Below, piece after piece: positions 52,472-62,669 of a DNA stretch of 64,000 bases. The DNA comes from Verrucomicrobiia bacterium (lineage in GTDB: Bacteria; Verrucomicrobiota; Verrucomicrobiia; Limisphaerales; UBA11358). The first letter of the stretch is position 1. Every line of letters starts with the position of its first letter. A program made the position numbers and the translations under genes. Location: the NCBI GenBank assembly GCA_049692125.1, contig JBAVOO010000038.1, positions 5,588 to 69,587 on the forward strand. The letters run 5' to 3'. The notes below the pieces were generated by a model that worked only from the letters and a program-made list of their open reading frames with translations, did no database searches and had not been told where the DNA came from.

Positions 52472-55005
52472 AAGATTCGTGGATCTTCCAGAGGAATTGC
52501 TACTCCGTCGTAGTGCGGTATCACTCGCGCCGTATAGTCAGTTGGTGGCCGCGCCGCAGACACTGCCGCGCTGTAAAGATAACCGCGCGACTCGCCACCA
52601 AGTTCGCGAGCGCGTTTCATTTCTTGCCGCACCGGAACGCCGCCGTTGACTCCGTCGGCGTAAAGCTCCACCCGCACGACCTTCGGGTCAAGGTCTTTGA
52701 AATAGACTTGGACCTCAAATACATGCTGGTCACCTTTGGTCTCCACTTTTAATTCGCCGAAGCGCAGCGCAGCCCATTTCTGTTCCAGACTGTGCCGCCA
52801 ATCCACCATTTGCCTGCCGACTGCGCCTTTGTTGGCAATGCGTGAAAGATAGGCAGTAGCCGCCGGGAGATAGTGTTGCTCAGTGTATTCGCACACGGCG
52901 CGGTTGGCGGAGAAGCGCGGGGTCAACCGCGCCATGCTTTCACGCATTCGCGCGACCCAGGCCGTGGGAATGCCTTTCTCGTTGCGGTTATAGAAATCGG
53001 GGATCACCTCGCGTTCGAGCCGTTCGTAGAGCGCCTCGGCTTCCGCCGCGTCCCAAGCCGGATCGTCGCCGTGTTCCTGACCGTCACCGAGTGCCCAGCC
53101 CACTTCCGGCGTGTAGGCTTCCGCCCACCAGCCGTCCAATTCCGAAAGATTGATGCCGCCGTTGACCAGCACCTTCATGCCGCTCGTGCCACAGGCCTCC
53201 CACGGTCGCCGGGGCGTGTTGATCCAGACATCCACGCCCTGCACCAGGCGTTCGGTCAAGTGCATGTCGTAGTCGGTGAGGAAAACCGCATGAGGACGAA
53301 CCTCCGGTCGGCGAATGAACTGTATCCATTTCTGAATCAGGGCTTGTCCCGCCAAATCCGCCGGATGGGCCTTGCCCGCAATGATGAGTTGCACCGGGCG
53401 CTGCGGATTGGATAACAAACGCAGCAGTCGCTCCGGGTCGTGCAGCAGCAGATTTGGTCGCTTATAGGTCGCGAAGCGCCGCGCAAAGCCCAGTGTCAAT
53501 GCGTTGGGATCAAACAGATGTTTCGCCTCCTCAACTGTCCCGGACGATGCGCCGGCGGCAGCATAGTGCCAAGCCAGACGCTCGCGGGCGTATTCAACCA
53601 GAGACTTGCTGGTGGCGATGCGAAATTGCCAAAGGCTGTCGTCGGAGACGCGGCGAATGTCCTGCTCCAAGGCTTCCGTCTTTCCCAGCCAGCGGTCTTT
53701 GCCACAGGCCTTGGTCCAAAAATCATCGGCTGCTGCCGAGTCCCACGTCGGCATGTGGATTCCGTTGGTCACATGGCCGACGGGCACTTCGTTCGCTGGC
53801 CAATTGGGAAAAAGAGGCTCAAAAAGATGCCGGCTGACTTGACCATGCAAGCGACTCACGCCATTCACCGAACCGCTGCCGCGGATGGCCAGATAGGCCA
53901 TGTTGAAACTCTCCGACGCGTCGTTCGGATTCTGGCGGCCCAAGGCCAGCAAATCATGGAGGGTGATGCCGAGCTTTTGCGTGGCATAACGACCGAGGTA
54001 TTGTTCGATGAGCGCCGGAGTGAAACGGTCAAACCCGGCGGCCACCGCCGTGTGCGTGGTAAAGAGATTCCCCGCCCGCGTGGCGGCCAGCGCCACTTCA
54101 AAAGGCTGCGCGTTCTCCTGCATGAAACTGCGGGCGCGCTCCAACACGGCAAAGGCCGCATGACCTTCATTCAAGTGACAGACTTCCGGTTTGATGCCCA
54201 GTGCGGCGAGCAGCCGCCAGCCGCCAATCCCAAGCAGCAGTTCCTGCAAGAGGCGCAACTCCGGTCCGCCGCCATACAACTCGCTGGTAATCCCGCGATG
54301 CGCGGGAAAGTTCGCCGCGTCATTGCTGTCCAGCAGGTAAAGTTTCACCCGACCGACCTGGACCTGCCAGGCGCGCAGCCAGACCGAGTATCCGGGTGCG
54401 GCGATCTCCAACCGCAACCATTCGCCGTTCGCCTGGCGTAAAGGCGTGATTGGCAACTGTCCGGGGTCGTTATATGGGTAAAGAGCTTGTTGCGCTCCGT
54501 CCTTGTCAATCACCTGGCGAAAATAGCCTTGTTGGTAGAGCAGCCCCACGCCGACCACCGGCACGCCCAAGTCGCTGGCGGCTTTGAGCTGATCGCCGGC
54601 CACATTGCCGAGACCGCCAGAGTAAATGGGCAGTGCTTCGCTCAACATATATTCCATGCTGAAATAGGCCACACACTTCAAGGGCGACTGCGGATGATTT
54701 TTTTGAAACCACGCGGGCGTTTCCGCCGCCTGATGCTTGGCTCGCAGCAGGTCATCAATGTTCTTGCGAAAGGCAGGATCGGCCAGCACACGCTGGAGTT
54801 TGTCCTTCGAGACAGTCTGCAGGACCACCCAGGGGTTTTGAGTGAACTCCCACAGCGCAGGATCAAGCTGCCGCCACACTTCGTCGGCGCAATGATTCCA
54901 CGACCAGCGCATATCCAGCGCCAGCTCTGCCAGAGAATCGAAGCCTTCAACATCCGTAGTTAATTGACAATAGATCGGCTTTCTGACAGATATTTGTTTA
55001 TTCAT
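52459..55005 (-). CDS. glgP: Alpha-glucan (glycogen/maltodextrin) phosphorylase, GlgP family
   Basis: 848 aa. LALDMRWSWNH, AYFSMEY...IYSGGLGNVAGD, FTTHT, TYKR and GTSGMK (PLP lysine). Confidence 0.92.
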   Translation of the reverse strand: MNKQISVRKPIYCQLTTDVEGFDSLAELALDMRWSWNHCADEVWRQLDPALWEFTQNPWVVLQTVSKDKLQRVLADPAFRKNIDDLLRAKHQAAETPAWFQKNHPQSPLKCVAYFSMEYMLSEALPIYSGGLGNVAGDQLKAASDLGVPVVGVGLLYQQGYFRQVIDKDGAQQALYPYNDPGQLPITPLRQANGEWLRLEIAAPGYSVWLRAWQVQVGRVKLYLLDSNDAANFPAHRGITSELYGGGPELRLLQELLLGIGGWRLLAALGIKPEVCHLNEGHAAFAVLERARSFMQENAQPFEVALAATRAGNLFTTHTAVAAGFDRFTPALIEQYLGRYATQKLGITLHDLLALGRQNPNDASESFNMAYLAIRGSGSVNGVSRLHGQVSRHLFEPLFPNWPANEVPVGHVTNGIHMPTWDSAAADDFWTKACGKDRWLGKTEALEQDIRRVSDDSLWQFRIATSKSLVEYARERLAWHYAAAGASSGTVEEAKHLFDPNALTLGFARRFATYKRPNLLLHDPERLLRLLSNPQRPVQLIIAGKAHPADLAGQALIQKWIQFIRRPEVRPHAVFLTDYDMHLTERLVQGVDVWINTPRRPWEACGTSGMKVLVNGGINLSELDGWWAEAYTPEVGWALGDGQEHGDDPAWDAAEAEALYERLEREVIPDFYNRNEKGIPTAWVARMRESMARLTPRFSANRAVCEYTEQHYLPAATAYLSRIANKGAVGRQMVDWRHSLEQKWAALRFGELKVETKGDQHVFEVQVYFKDLDPKVVRVELYADGVNGGVPVRQEMKRARELGGESRGYLYSAAVSAARPPTDYTARVIPHYDGVAIPLEDPRILWQR

Positions 55006-56696
55006 AGCTTTTTCTTTCGTTTTGGCTTGGACGGAATCCCCGGCTTCGGTCGTGACACCGCCAAAGCAGCATTGATGATTGTCTGGGCTTCCGCCAGGAT
55101 GCGGTGCAGATGCTCCTCCCCTTGGAAGCTCTCGGCGTAAATTTTATAGATGTCCTCGGTGCCGGACGGACGTGCCGCGAACCAGCCGCTTTCGGCAATT
55201 ACTTTCAATCCACCGATGGGCGCATCGTTGCCCGGCGCATGGGTTAGGATGGTCTTGATTTTTTCGCCCGCCAACCCGGTGGGCTTGACCTGCTGCGGTG
55301 AAAGTTTCGCCAGCCGCTCCTTTTGCTCCGGGGTGGCTGGGGCATCAACACGGTCATAGACAGGCTCACCCAACTCGTGCCTGAATCCGCGGTAAATCTC
55401 GCCGGGATCATGGTCCGTCCGCGCGGTGATCTCTGCAGTGAGCAAACATGGAATGAATCCGTCCTTGTCCGTTGTCCAGACGGTGCCATCCAGACGAAGG
55501 AAAACCGAACCGGCGCTTTCCTCGCCGCCAAATCCCAGCGAGCCATTGAGCAAGCCATCCACGAACCACTTGAAACCAACCGGCACCTCGAAGAGCTTCC
55601 GGCCCAGTTTGGCGGTGATCCGGTCAATCATCTGGCTGCTCACGATCGTTTTCCCGACCGCCGTCGATTGGGACCACTTTGGCCGGTTCTGAAAAAGAAA
55701 GAAAATTGCCGCACAAAGGTCGTGATTAGGCGGCAGCAATCCGTCGCCTTTGGTGACAATCCCATGCCGGTCGTGGTCGGTATCGCAGGCGAATGAGAGA
55801 TCAAAACGATCCTTCATTCCGATCAGCCGTTGCATCGCATAGGGCGAGGACGGGTCCATCCGAATCTGGCCATCCCAATCCACCGTCATGAACCGAAAGG
55901 TGGGATCAACCGTCTCGTCAACCACCGTCAGGTTCAAACCATGGCGCTCCGCGATCCGCGCCCAGTAATGAACGCCGGCACCGCCCAGCGGATCAACGCC
56001 CAGATGGATTTTCGCGCTGCGAATGACGTCCAAGTCGATGACATTGCCGAGGTCGTTGACGTAGGCGGTAAGATAGTCATGCCGATGCGTTGTCGAGGCG
56101 CGCAGGGCCTGCTCGTGGGAAATTCGTTTCACCCCTTCGAGCCGGGCTTCGAGCAGCGCATTCGCCTTTGCCTCAATCCAACTGGTAACGATGTTGTCCG
56201 CCGGCCCGCCATTCGGCGGGTTGTATTTGAAGCCACCGTCATGCGGCGGATTGTGTGAGGGCGTGATGACAATCCCGTCGGCCAGTCCCTTTTTGCGCCC
56301 GCGATTGTAAGTCAGAATCGCATGGGAAATCACCGGGGTCGGCGTGTATTCGTCCCCTTCGGCGAGCATCACCTCGACCCCGTTGGCCGCCAGCACCTCA
56401 AGCGCGGTGGCGCAGGCCGGAACGGAAAGCGCATGGGTGTCGATGCCGAGATACAGCGGGCCGGAGATATTTTGCTGCTTGCGATACAGGCAAATCGCCT
56501 GGGTGATCGCGAGGATGTGCCATTCGTTGAAAGCCAGCTTGAACGACGAGCCGCGATGTCCTGAGGTGCCAAACGTCACTCGCTGTTCCAGCACGGAAGG
56601 ATCTGGAACCTCGGTGTAGTAGGCCATGATGAGCCGCGGCACATCGACCAGTATTCCGGGTGGCGCCGGTTTTCCGGCCAGGGGACTTATTTTCAT
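55002..56696 (-). CDS. pgm: Phosphoglucomutase (alpha-D-glucose phosphate-specific)
   Basis: FGTSGHRG, ITPSHNPP, DTDHDR and GGEESAG match Pgm. ATGA overlaps on both sides. Confidence 0.93.
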   Translation of the reverse strand: MKISPLAGKPAPPGILVDVPRLIMAYYTEVPDPSVLEQRVTFGTSGHRGSSFKLAFNEWHILAITQAICLYRKQQNISGPLYLGIDTHALSVPACATALEVLAANGVEVMLAEGDEYTPTPVISHAILTYNRGRKKGLADGIVITPSHNPPHDGGFKYNPPNGGPADNIVTSWIEAKANALLEARLEGVKRISHEQALRASTTHRHDYLTAYVNDLGNVIDLDVIRSAKIHLGVDPLGGAGVHYWARIAERHGLNLTVVDETVDPTFRFMTVDWDGQIRMDPSSPYAMQRLIGMKDRFDLSFACDTDHDRHGIVTKGDGLLPPNHDLCAAIFFLFQNRPKWSQSTAVGKTIVSSQMIDRITAKLGRKLFEVPVGFKWFVDGLLNGSLGFGGEESAGSVFLRLDGTVWTTDKDGFIPCLLTAEITARTDHDPGEIYRGFRHELGEPVYDRVDAPATPEQKERLAKLSPQQVKPTGLAGEKIKTILTHAPGNDAPIGGLKVIAESGWFAARPSGTEDIYKIYAESFQGEEHLHRILAEAQTIINAALAVSRPKPGIPSKPKRKKKL

Positions 56697-57253
56697 GACG
56701 TTTTCTTTGGTGGTTTGCTTTCGAGTTCCGCCACTTTCGCCAGACGGCGACGAAAACGCTCCGCGCCGGTGAATTTCGCGGCGAGAAATGTCTGCACCAA
56801 TTCCCAGGCAAGGGCGTGACCGACCACGAGGCCGCCAAAACAGATCAAGTTCAAATTGTCATCCTCGACGCCTTGATGCGCCGAAAAGTTTTCGTGAATC
56901 AAGCAGGCCCGAACCCCCGCCACTTTGTTCGCGCAGACCGATGCTCCAACCCCGCTTCCGCAGATGCCCACGCCGCGCTCCACCATCCCGGCGGCGACCG
57001 CGCGCGCCAGCGGCACGATAAAATCCGGATAGTCATCGTCCTCTTTCGGCCGGCCATCGCCGAAGTCAACCACTTCATGACCGGCTTCGCGCAATTTCCC
57101 GGCCAGATATTCCTTCAACTCGTAACCACCGTGGTCGGCGGCGATGCCGATGCGTTTCGGTGTCTTAGGCAAGAGGGTCAAGGTATCAGCCTCGTGTGTG
57201 TTCGCATTTTCAATGGTTACGCAAAAAGTTCCTTCAGTTGGATTAAGAATCAT
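56693..57253 (-). CDS. rpiB: Ribose-5-phosphate isomerase B (RpiB/LacAB family)
   Basis: IGIAADHGGYELKEYL, GICGSGVGASVCANK and CFGG. The start is set at ATG 57253; the ORF-track start is 57301. Confidence 0.85.
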   Translation of the reverse strand: MILNPTEGTFCVTIENANTHEADTLTLLPKTPKRIGIAADHGGYELKEYLAGKLREAGHEVVDFGDGRPKEDDDYPDFIVPLARAVAAGMVERGVGICGSGVGASVCANKVAGVRACLIHENFSAHQGVEDDNLNLICFGGLVVGHALAWELVQTFLAAKFTGAERFRRRLAKVAELESKPPKKTS

Positions 57254-57254
57254 T

Positions 57255-58223
57255 TCAGCCTGATTGTTTGCCAGAACTTGATTCCAAACGTGGCTTCGCA
57301 TTTTTGGCGGCGGTCATGGCGCGATAGGTCACGGGCACCTGCCACTCGGCGTAATTCGGACTGAAGGTTTTCATGGCGCTGATGATTTGCTGGCGGAAAG
57401 TTGTTTCAATCAAATTCCCCTGTCCCGGCCAGATCTTGAAATGGACACGGACAAAATCCCAGCCGCCACCCGGCGCCGTTTCCACCGGGCCAATGACCGG
57501 CTCGCTCAAAATGATTGCGCCGAATTGAGCCCACATGCCCCTGGCGGTGTTCCCGATGGCCTGGACGGCCTTGTCCCGGTCCGCGCCCGCCGGAATCTGG
57601 ATGTCCGCATATGCAAACACCCCGCCGTGCGGAAACCGGCTGACGTTGGCAATGGTGCGGTTGGGAATGAACACAATCTGGTTGTAAAAATTGCGGAGCG
57701 TGGTGAAACGCAGGCCGATTTCCTCCACCCGGCCCATGACGACGACGGTGCCTGCAATCTCCACCATGTCACCCACGTCCATCGTGTCCGAAAAAATCAG
57801 CGTGAGGCTGATGACCACGTCCTGCACCAGTCCTTGCGAGCCGAAGCTGATGGCCAGCGCGATGATGGACGCGCTCGCCAGATAACCCGTCAGGTTCACC
57901 CCCAATTCCTCCAGCACCAGTCCCATCGCAAAAAAATACATGACGAACGTCACGCCGTTGGCGACCAGCTGGATAAGCGTGATGAATTTCGGCTGTTGCG
58001 TGACGAAATCGAGCGGGCTTTTCTGCGCGTGGCTTTTGTGGATGAGCCATTCGCTGATGTGCCGGATGGCCTTGACCGTCAGATGCACCAGCACGGCCAG
58101 GGCCACGATGAGCACCAGCCGCGTTCCGGTGGACGACTCGTGGCCGGAGAAATAGGCGTAAAGGCGGCCCATCACCGTTGTATCCGGCAGAGCCGACAAT
58201 AAAACTGGAGACCGATTTGTCAT
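57255..58223 (-). CDS. Mechanosensitive ion channel (MscS family)
   Basis: TM helices followed by GDMVEIAGTVVVMGRVEEIGLRFTTLRNFYNQIVFIPN, the MscS beta-domain signature. ATG at 58223. Confidence 0.85.
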   Translation of the reverse strand: MTNRSPVLLSALPDTTVMGRLYAYFSGHESSTGTRLVLIVALAVLVHLTVKAIRHISEWLIHKSHAQKSPLDFVTQQPKFITLIQLVANGVTFVMYFFAMGLVLEELGVNLTGYLASASIIALAISFGSQGLVQDVVISLTLIFSDTMDVGDMVEIAGTVVVMGRVEEIGLRFTTLRNFYNQIVFIPNRTIANVSRFPHGGVFAYADIQIPAGADRDKAVQAIGNTARGMWAQFGAIILSEPVIGPVETAPGGGWDFVRVHFKIWPGQGNLIETTFRQQIISAMKTFSPNYAEWQVPVTYRAMTAAKNAKPRLESSSGKQSG

Positions 58224-58313
58224 GTTTATCAGCAACCGCGCTTAACTTGCGGCAGAAAACCGGCACCGCGCGGGAATATGCGATTGTGCGGGACTTATCC
58301 CTTCACTTTCTTG

Positions 58314-59051
58314 TTATTTCTGGCCGCTCTCTTTGATCTGTACACCCAACTTTCGCTGAAGTGCCGTTACGACCACCTCTGCTGCCGCCTCGACGCTGAG
58401 CGCGGCTGTGTTGATGATCAAGTCGTGGCTCAAAGGGTCAGTCACATCGTGGCCAAAATGGCGACGGACCGACTTTACCCGCTCACGATCAATTCTTTCG
58501 ACTTCAACCCGGGCGGCCTTCAGACTCAAGCGCGCTTTGTCGGCGATCCGCCGGATGCGCACCTCAATCGGCGCAACCATCCGCACACTCAAACCGAACT
58601 GACCGGGTAAAATAAACCGTGCGGCGTGGCCGACAATGACCACGTCCCCCTGATGACCAAGCGTGAGCACCACTTGCTTCAAATAGACCAGGTAGCCTGA
58701 TGTGCCGATCTCCTGGAGATTCAGCAATTGGCCAATAATGTCCTGGATCGTTGCCTGATCACGCTCATCCAAACTCTCGATTAATTGGCGGCGAATGTGA
58801 GCCTTTTTTGCGATTTCATCCACGATTTCGTTGTCGAAAACCTGCCAGCCCAATCGTCTTCCGACCACTTGGGCAACGGCGTTCCCGCCAGCGCCCTTCT
58901 CGCGAGAAATGATCAAGTAGGGTCCATAGAACAGGTCGCCCTCCTTGCCCCGCCCGGGTCGCCGCTCACGATTTTCCAGGCGATTTTCCAGGAGTTCGTT
59001 GGCTTGAAAAACGGCGATTTGCCTTTTGATATACTCTTCAACGTCAATCAT
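58314..59051 (-). CDS. Cytidylate-kinase-like family protein
   Basis: YLIISREKGAGGNAVAQVVGRRLGWQVFDNEIV fits the cytidylate_kin2 family. The start is set at ATG 59051. The ORF-track N-terminal extension to 59426 overlaps another gene remnant. Confidence 0.7.
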   Translation of the reverse strand: MIDVEEYIKRQIAVFQANELLENRLENRERRPGRGKEGDLFYGPYLIISREKGAGGNAVAQVVGRRLGWQVFDNEIVDEIAKKAHIRRQLIESLDERDQATIQDIIGQLLNLQEIGTSGYLVYLKQVVLTLGHQGDVVIVGHAARFILPGQFGLSVRMVAPIEVRIRRIADKARLSLKAARVEVERIDRERVKSVRRHFGHDVTDPLSHDLIINTAALSVEAAAEVVVTALQRKLGVQIKESGQK

Positions 59052-59215
59052 AACAATTCTTGGAATTCTTAATTTCCGTCTGAAGCTATTATATCCGGCC
59101 GGGCGCTCAATCCAACATTTATTCCCGTGCGTTTTGGCTCTTACTTTTTTAGGCAGGACAATTATGCCGCCTCGATGGAGTACAATGATTCCGCTTTTCT
59201 GGTTGAGCGTGGTGC

Positions 59216-59461
59216 TCAAGGAATGGCCGCTGTCGTTCCCTGCGAAACATCCCAGCCGCCACCCAGCGCTTTGATCAACTGGACGCTCGCCGTCATCTGT
59301 TCCATCCGGAGGTTCATCGCCGTCCGCTGATTGGTCAACAGAGCGGTTTGCGCGGCGATCACATCGAGGTAACTGTCCAGGCTGGATTGGTATCCACGCA
59401 ATAAAATATTCCGCCGCGAACGCCACGATGAGTTAAGCGGTAACGTGTTTTCATAATTCTT
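59216..59461 (-). pseudogene. 3' fragment of an RND-efflux outer-membrane factor (NodT/TolC family)
   Basis: The tail ...LRGYQSSLDSYLDVIAAQTALLTNQRT...VQLIKALGGGW is the conserved OMF C-terminus. The open frame starts right after an in-frame TGA at 59464-59462, so more than 350 N-terminal codons are missing. Confidence 0.5.
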
Positions 59462-59630
59462 TCACGAAACCGCGAGGATAAATAAAACCGCTTCCGAAGA
59501 GGTAGCGTGCAATCAGCGAGTAAGCGCCGAGTAACGCCAAGTTCTTACGGAGTAACCAAAATGGTGTCCGTTTTGGTGTCCGTTACCCACTATCACCTGC
59601 GTAATCCGTTGCTGCACCGACAGTTAGGAG

Positions 59631-59706
<76 letters not shown>

Positions 59707-59800
59707 TAAATTATTGCAAACATTGGATATTTTTCGCTTTTGAAAATCTTATATTTTCGTGTTGCATCCTGTCGTTGCATCCCGTATATTGTTCTCTGCT

Positions 59801-61072
59801 ATGATAACACTATCCGAAACGATAACGGCAGGCGCACAAAGCCCGGTTACGAAACGCACGCCCCGTTCAACCAAGAAATCAATCTGGTGGAAGCGAGGCG
59901 AACATCTAGTCCAGCATACGCCAACGGGGACATTTTATTGCCGGTTGAAGTTCAAAGGCAAGACGATTCGTGCCAGCCTTAATACGGATGTTTTCACCAC
60001 GGCGCGGCTTCGCTTGCCGGACAAGCTCAAAGTTCTACGCAAACCAAAGGCAGAAACCGGCACGTTCGGGGATGGACGGCTCAAATACGAGGCGGAAACG
60101 CGCAACGGTTACACGTCAAAGAAAAACCGATTCGTGAAACTCGCGCCTTTGAGCATCGCCTACCGCTTGCGCTGTCTCGAATGTCTCCGGCGTTCTCTGG
60201 TCGAAACGCTGATTCATCCGGGCAAAACGTGGAAGTCATTGAGCGAACAAACCCGGCACGATGCGTTCGCCAAACTGGACGCGATGAACGCCCGCGCCTT
60301 CACCCAAGAACATTGTGGGGCTTGGCAATCTCGTTTCTCGGATTACGCGCCGTCAGTCTTTAACAACACCGTGAACACGTTTCGCCGCGTTCTCGAATTG
60401 GCCGGATTGCCACATGATGACAACCCGGCTTTCAAAATCGGGCGCAGAGACATTCTCGAAAAACCGATTCGGCTTCCGCGTCCCGAACAGTTTGACCGCA
60501 TATTGGAATTGATTGAAACCAGTGGCGCGGCACAGGCCAAAGATTGCGCCAACCTTGCCCGCTTTTTGGCTTATACCGGGGCAAGAATATCCGAAGCCAA
60601 GCAAGCTGTTTGGGGTGACGTGAACTGGCAGGAAAACACGCTCACCATTCACAGCGTAAAGGTTCGCGGAGCACATGACGGAAGCGTAACCCGCACGTTG
60701 CCGATGAATCCAGCCTTGCGCCAACATTTGGAACAGTTGAGCCAAGGCAAACAACCGGAGCCATCCGACCATATTTGCTCCGTGTTTGAATGTCAAAAGT
60801 CACTGGACAGGGCTTGCCGGTTGGCAGGCTGCAAGCGACTGGTTCATCACGATCTGAGACACTACTTTGTGACCAAGTGCCTGCAAGCCGGGGTTGGCGT
60901 GTTCACGCTGGCAAAGTGGATTGGACACCGGGACAACGGCAAATTGTTGTTAAAGGTTTATGCTCACCTGCAAGCGGAGCACTCACAACAACAAGCCAAC
61001 TTGGTTCAATTCGGGGCGACCCCGTTGCCGGAAAACGTCCCGCAGTTGCCAGCGGCTACAACCGCGAATTAA
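59801..61072 (+). CDS. Tyrosine-type site-specific integrase
   Basis: C-terminal catalytic region ...ARISEA...HHDLRHYFVTKCLQAGV...LAKWIGHRD...LLKVYAHL (R..HxxR..H..Y). ATG at 59801. Confidence 0.85.
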   Translation: MITLSETITAGAQSPVTKRTPRSTKKSIWWKRGEHLVQHTPTGTFYCRLKFKGKTIRASLNTDVFTTARLRLPDKLKVLRKPKAETGTFGDGRLKYEAETRNGYTSKKNRFVKLAPLSIAYRLRCLECLRRSLVETLIHPGKTWKSLSEQTRHDAFAKLDAMNARAFTQEHCGAWQSRFSDYAPSVFNNTVNTFRRVLELAGLPHDDNPAFKIGRRDILEKPIRLPRPEQFDRILELIETSGAAQAKDCANLARFLAYTGARISEAKQAVWGDVNWQENTLTIHSVKVRGAHDGSVTRTLPMNPALRQHLEQLSQGKQPEPSDHICSVFECQKSLDRACRLAGCKRLVHHDLRHYFVTKCLQAGVGVFTLAKWIGHRDNGKLLLKVYAHLQAEHSQQQANLVQFGATPLPENVPQLPAATTAN

Positions 61073-61228
61073 CCCCATATTTAGCATAGCGGACACCCTA
61101 AACAAACGCGCCACTCCCAAACGTGGCGTGATTTTTTGCACTGGGAACATACGAAATTGCAAAAAAAGTTCATCCGCTTCGCCTGACAGCCTTGCTCATT
61201 TTGCCGCGCGTTGCTACGCTCCGCACAG

Positions 61229-61416
61229 ATGCCAGCAACTTTCGAGGATGCTTTCGAGCGGGTGAAAGAATTGGCCGCAACTTTCAAGGCCAACGAGAAA
61301 TTTTATGTTTCGCAGCAGTATGCGCCGCGTTGGATCGCCAGATTGACGCGCTGGTGTATGAGCTTTACGGCCTTACCACCGAAGAAATTAAAATAGTTGA
61401 AGGGCTAGCCGCATGA
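61229..61416 (+). pseudogene. Deletion remnant of a type IIG/Eco57I-like restriction-modification (methyltransferase) gene
   Basis: N-terminal-like MPATFEDAFERVKELAATFKANEKFYVSQQY lies in one frame. C-terminal-like ALDRQIDALVYELYGLTTEEIKIVEG lies in another frame. Nothing lies between them. Confidence 0.45.
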
Positions 61417-62312
61417 AATTCGATTCGAGTATGATTTACGTTTTGCTGGCAGCTTTCGCGCCGATGATTGGTTTGATTGTAGTAATCATTTTTGATCGCG
61501 CATGGCGCAAAAAAAACGAAAAGCCTCCGCAAACGGAAAAACTTTTGCGTCCGCCCAGTCATTCGCTTTCGCTCCGCCTCGACAAAACCATTGACGCAGT
61601 AATGGACAATATAATTGCTGCGTGCAGTCTTTCGGCCTTTGCGGGAGCGTGTTTTGCAGCGTTTCATTCCTTGATCGTCGCCAAAGCTCCGGCTTCTTGG
61701 CTGTCAACTTGCCTTTTTATTCTCGCAGCATTCACAATTTTAAGCGCATGGGCAGCGATCAAGGCGTTTCGCGGTTTTAAGGAAGCGCAAAACATTCGTC
61801 TTGGCATTAGCGGCGAGCGGGCCGTGGCAGAGGCATTGAACGAAGCGGCGGACTCCGGCTTTCGTGCGTTCCACGATCTGCAAACCGATAAAGTTGGAAA
61901 CATTGACCATGTGGCCGTTGGCACACGTGGAGTTTTCCTGATTGAAACCAAAGCCCGGCGCAAGCGCGGCGGTAAAACTGGACAGGCAGCGCATGAAGTT
62001 CTTTACGATGGCGAAGCGTTGCAATTTCCTTTTTTCAGGGATGGCGAGCCAATTGAGCAGGCTAAACGCAACGCCGCATGGCTTTCCAATTATTTGCGGA
62101 ATAAAACCGGGGAGCCGGTGGAAGTTTTTCCGCTGGTGGTTTTGCCGGGCTGGTTTGTGAAAATATCCACCAAAGGGATTTTTCGGGTAAATGTAATGAG
62201 CGCGAATTATTTGCCGGGGTTTTTACAGCGTCAGGGCGAAAAAATTGCACCGGCACAAGCGCGGAGAATCATCACGGCACTGGATGAAAAATGCCGAGAC
62301 GTGGAATTTTAA
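61413..62312 (+). CDS. Membrane-anchored NERD-domain (nuclease-related) protein
   Basis: N-terminal TM helices, then GERAVAEALNEAADSGFRAFHDLQTDKVGNIDHVAVGTRGVFLIETKA, a NERD signature. Confidence 0.75.
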   Translation: MKFDSSMIYVLLAAFAPMIGLIVVIIFDRAWRKKNEKPPQTEKLLRPPSHSLSLRLDKTIDAVMDNIIAACSLSAFAGACFAAFHSLIVAKAPASWLSTCLFILAAFTILSAWAAIKAFRGFKEAQNIRLGISGERAVAEALNEAADSGFRAFHDLQTDKVGNIDHVAVGTRGVFLIETKARRKRGGKTGQAAHEVLYDGEALQFPFFRDGEPIEQAKRNAAWLSNYLRNKTGEPVEVFPLVVLPGWFVKISTKGIFRVNVMSANYLPGFLQRQGEKIAPAQARRIITALDEKCRDVEF

Positions 62313-62669
62313 TGAATTTATAACCGTCCAAACAGGCGGAAACGACCATCTTCCACCTGAAATCTGCGTCGTTAAGGGGAATTATGGCCGTCTTGTTAAG
62401 CCTTGCCGCGCCGGTTTTTTTCATCTAATAACTGACCGTTCGGTAAAAAATTATGTAAAAACAAAAAACTAAAACTTTAGCGCAGCTTTGGCTGCGGTCT
62501 CACTGAAAAACCGCGAACTTTTTTGTCGAGAGACCGACCTAGCGCGCGCCCAACCGGGGCGCGGCTTGGCGTATCTCTCGACGGGCGCTTCGCGGTGCCT
62601 TCAGTGGGGTGCGTTAGGTTCGCGCCCTTTGTGTTCCGTAGCGGAGTTGTGCTGAAAAAAGCACAAACC

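Noticed and set aside
59761-59782. Direct repeat GTTGCATCC x2 just upstream of the integrase start, considered as arm-type or regulatory sites.
   Set aside because: Only two 9-bp copies are present and there are no further occurrences in the window. Chance cannot be excluded.
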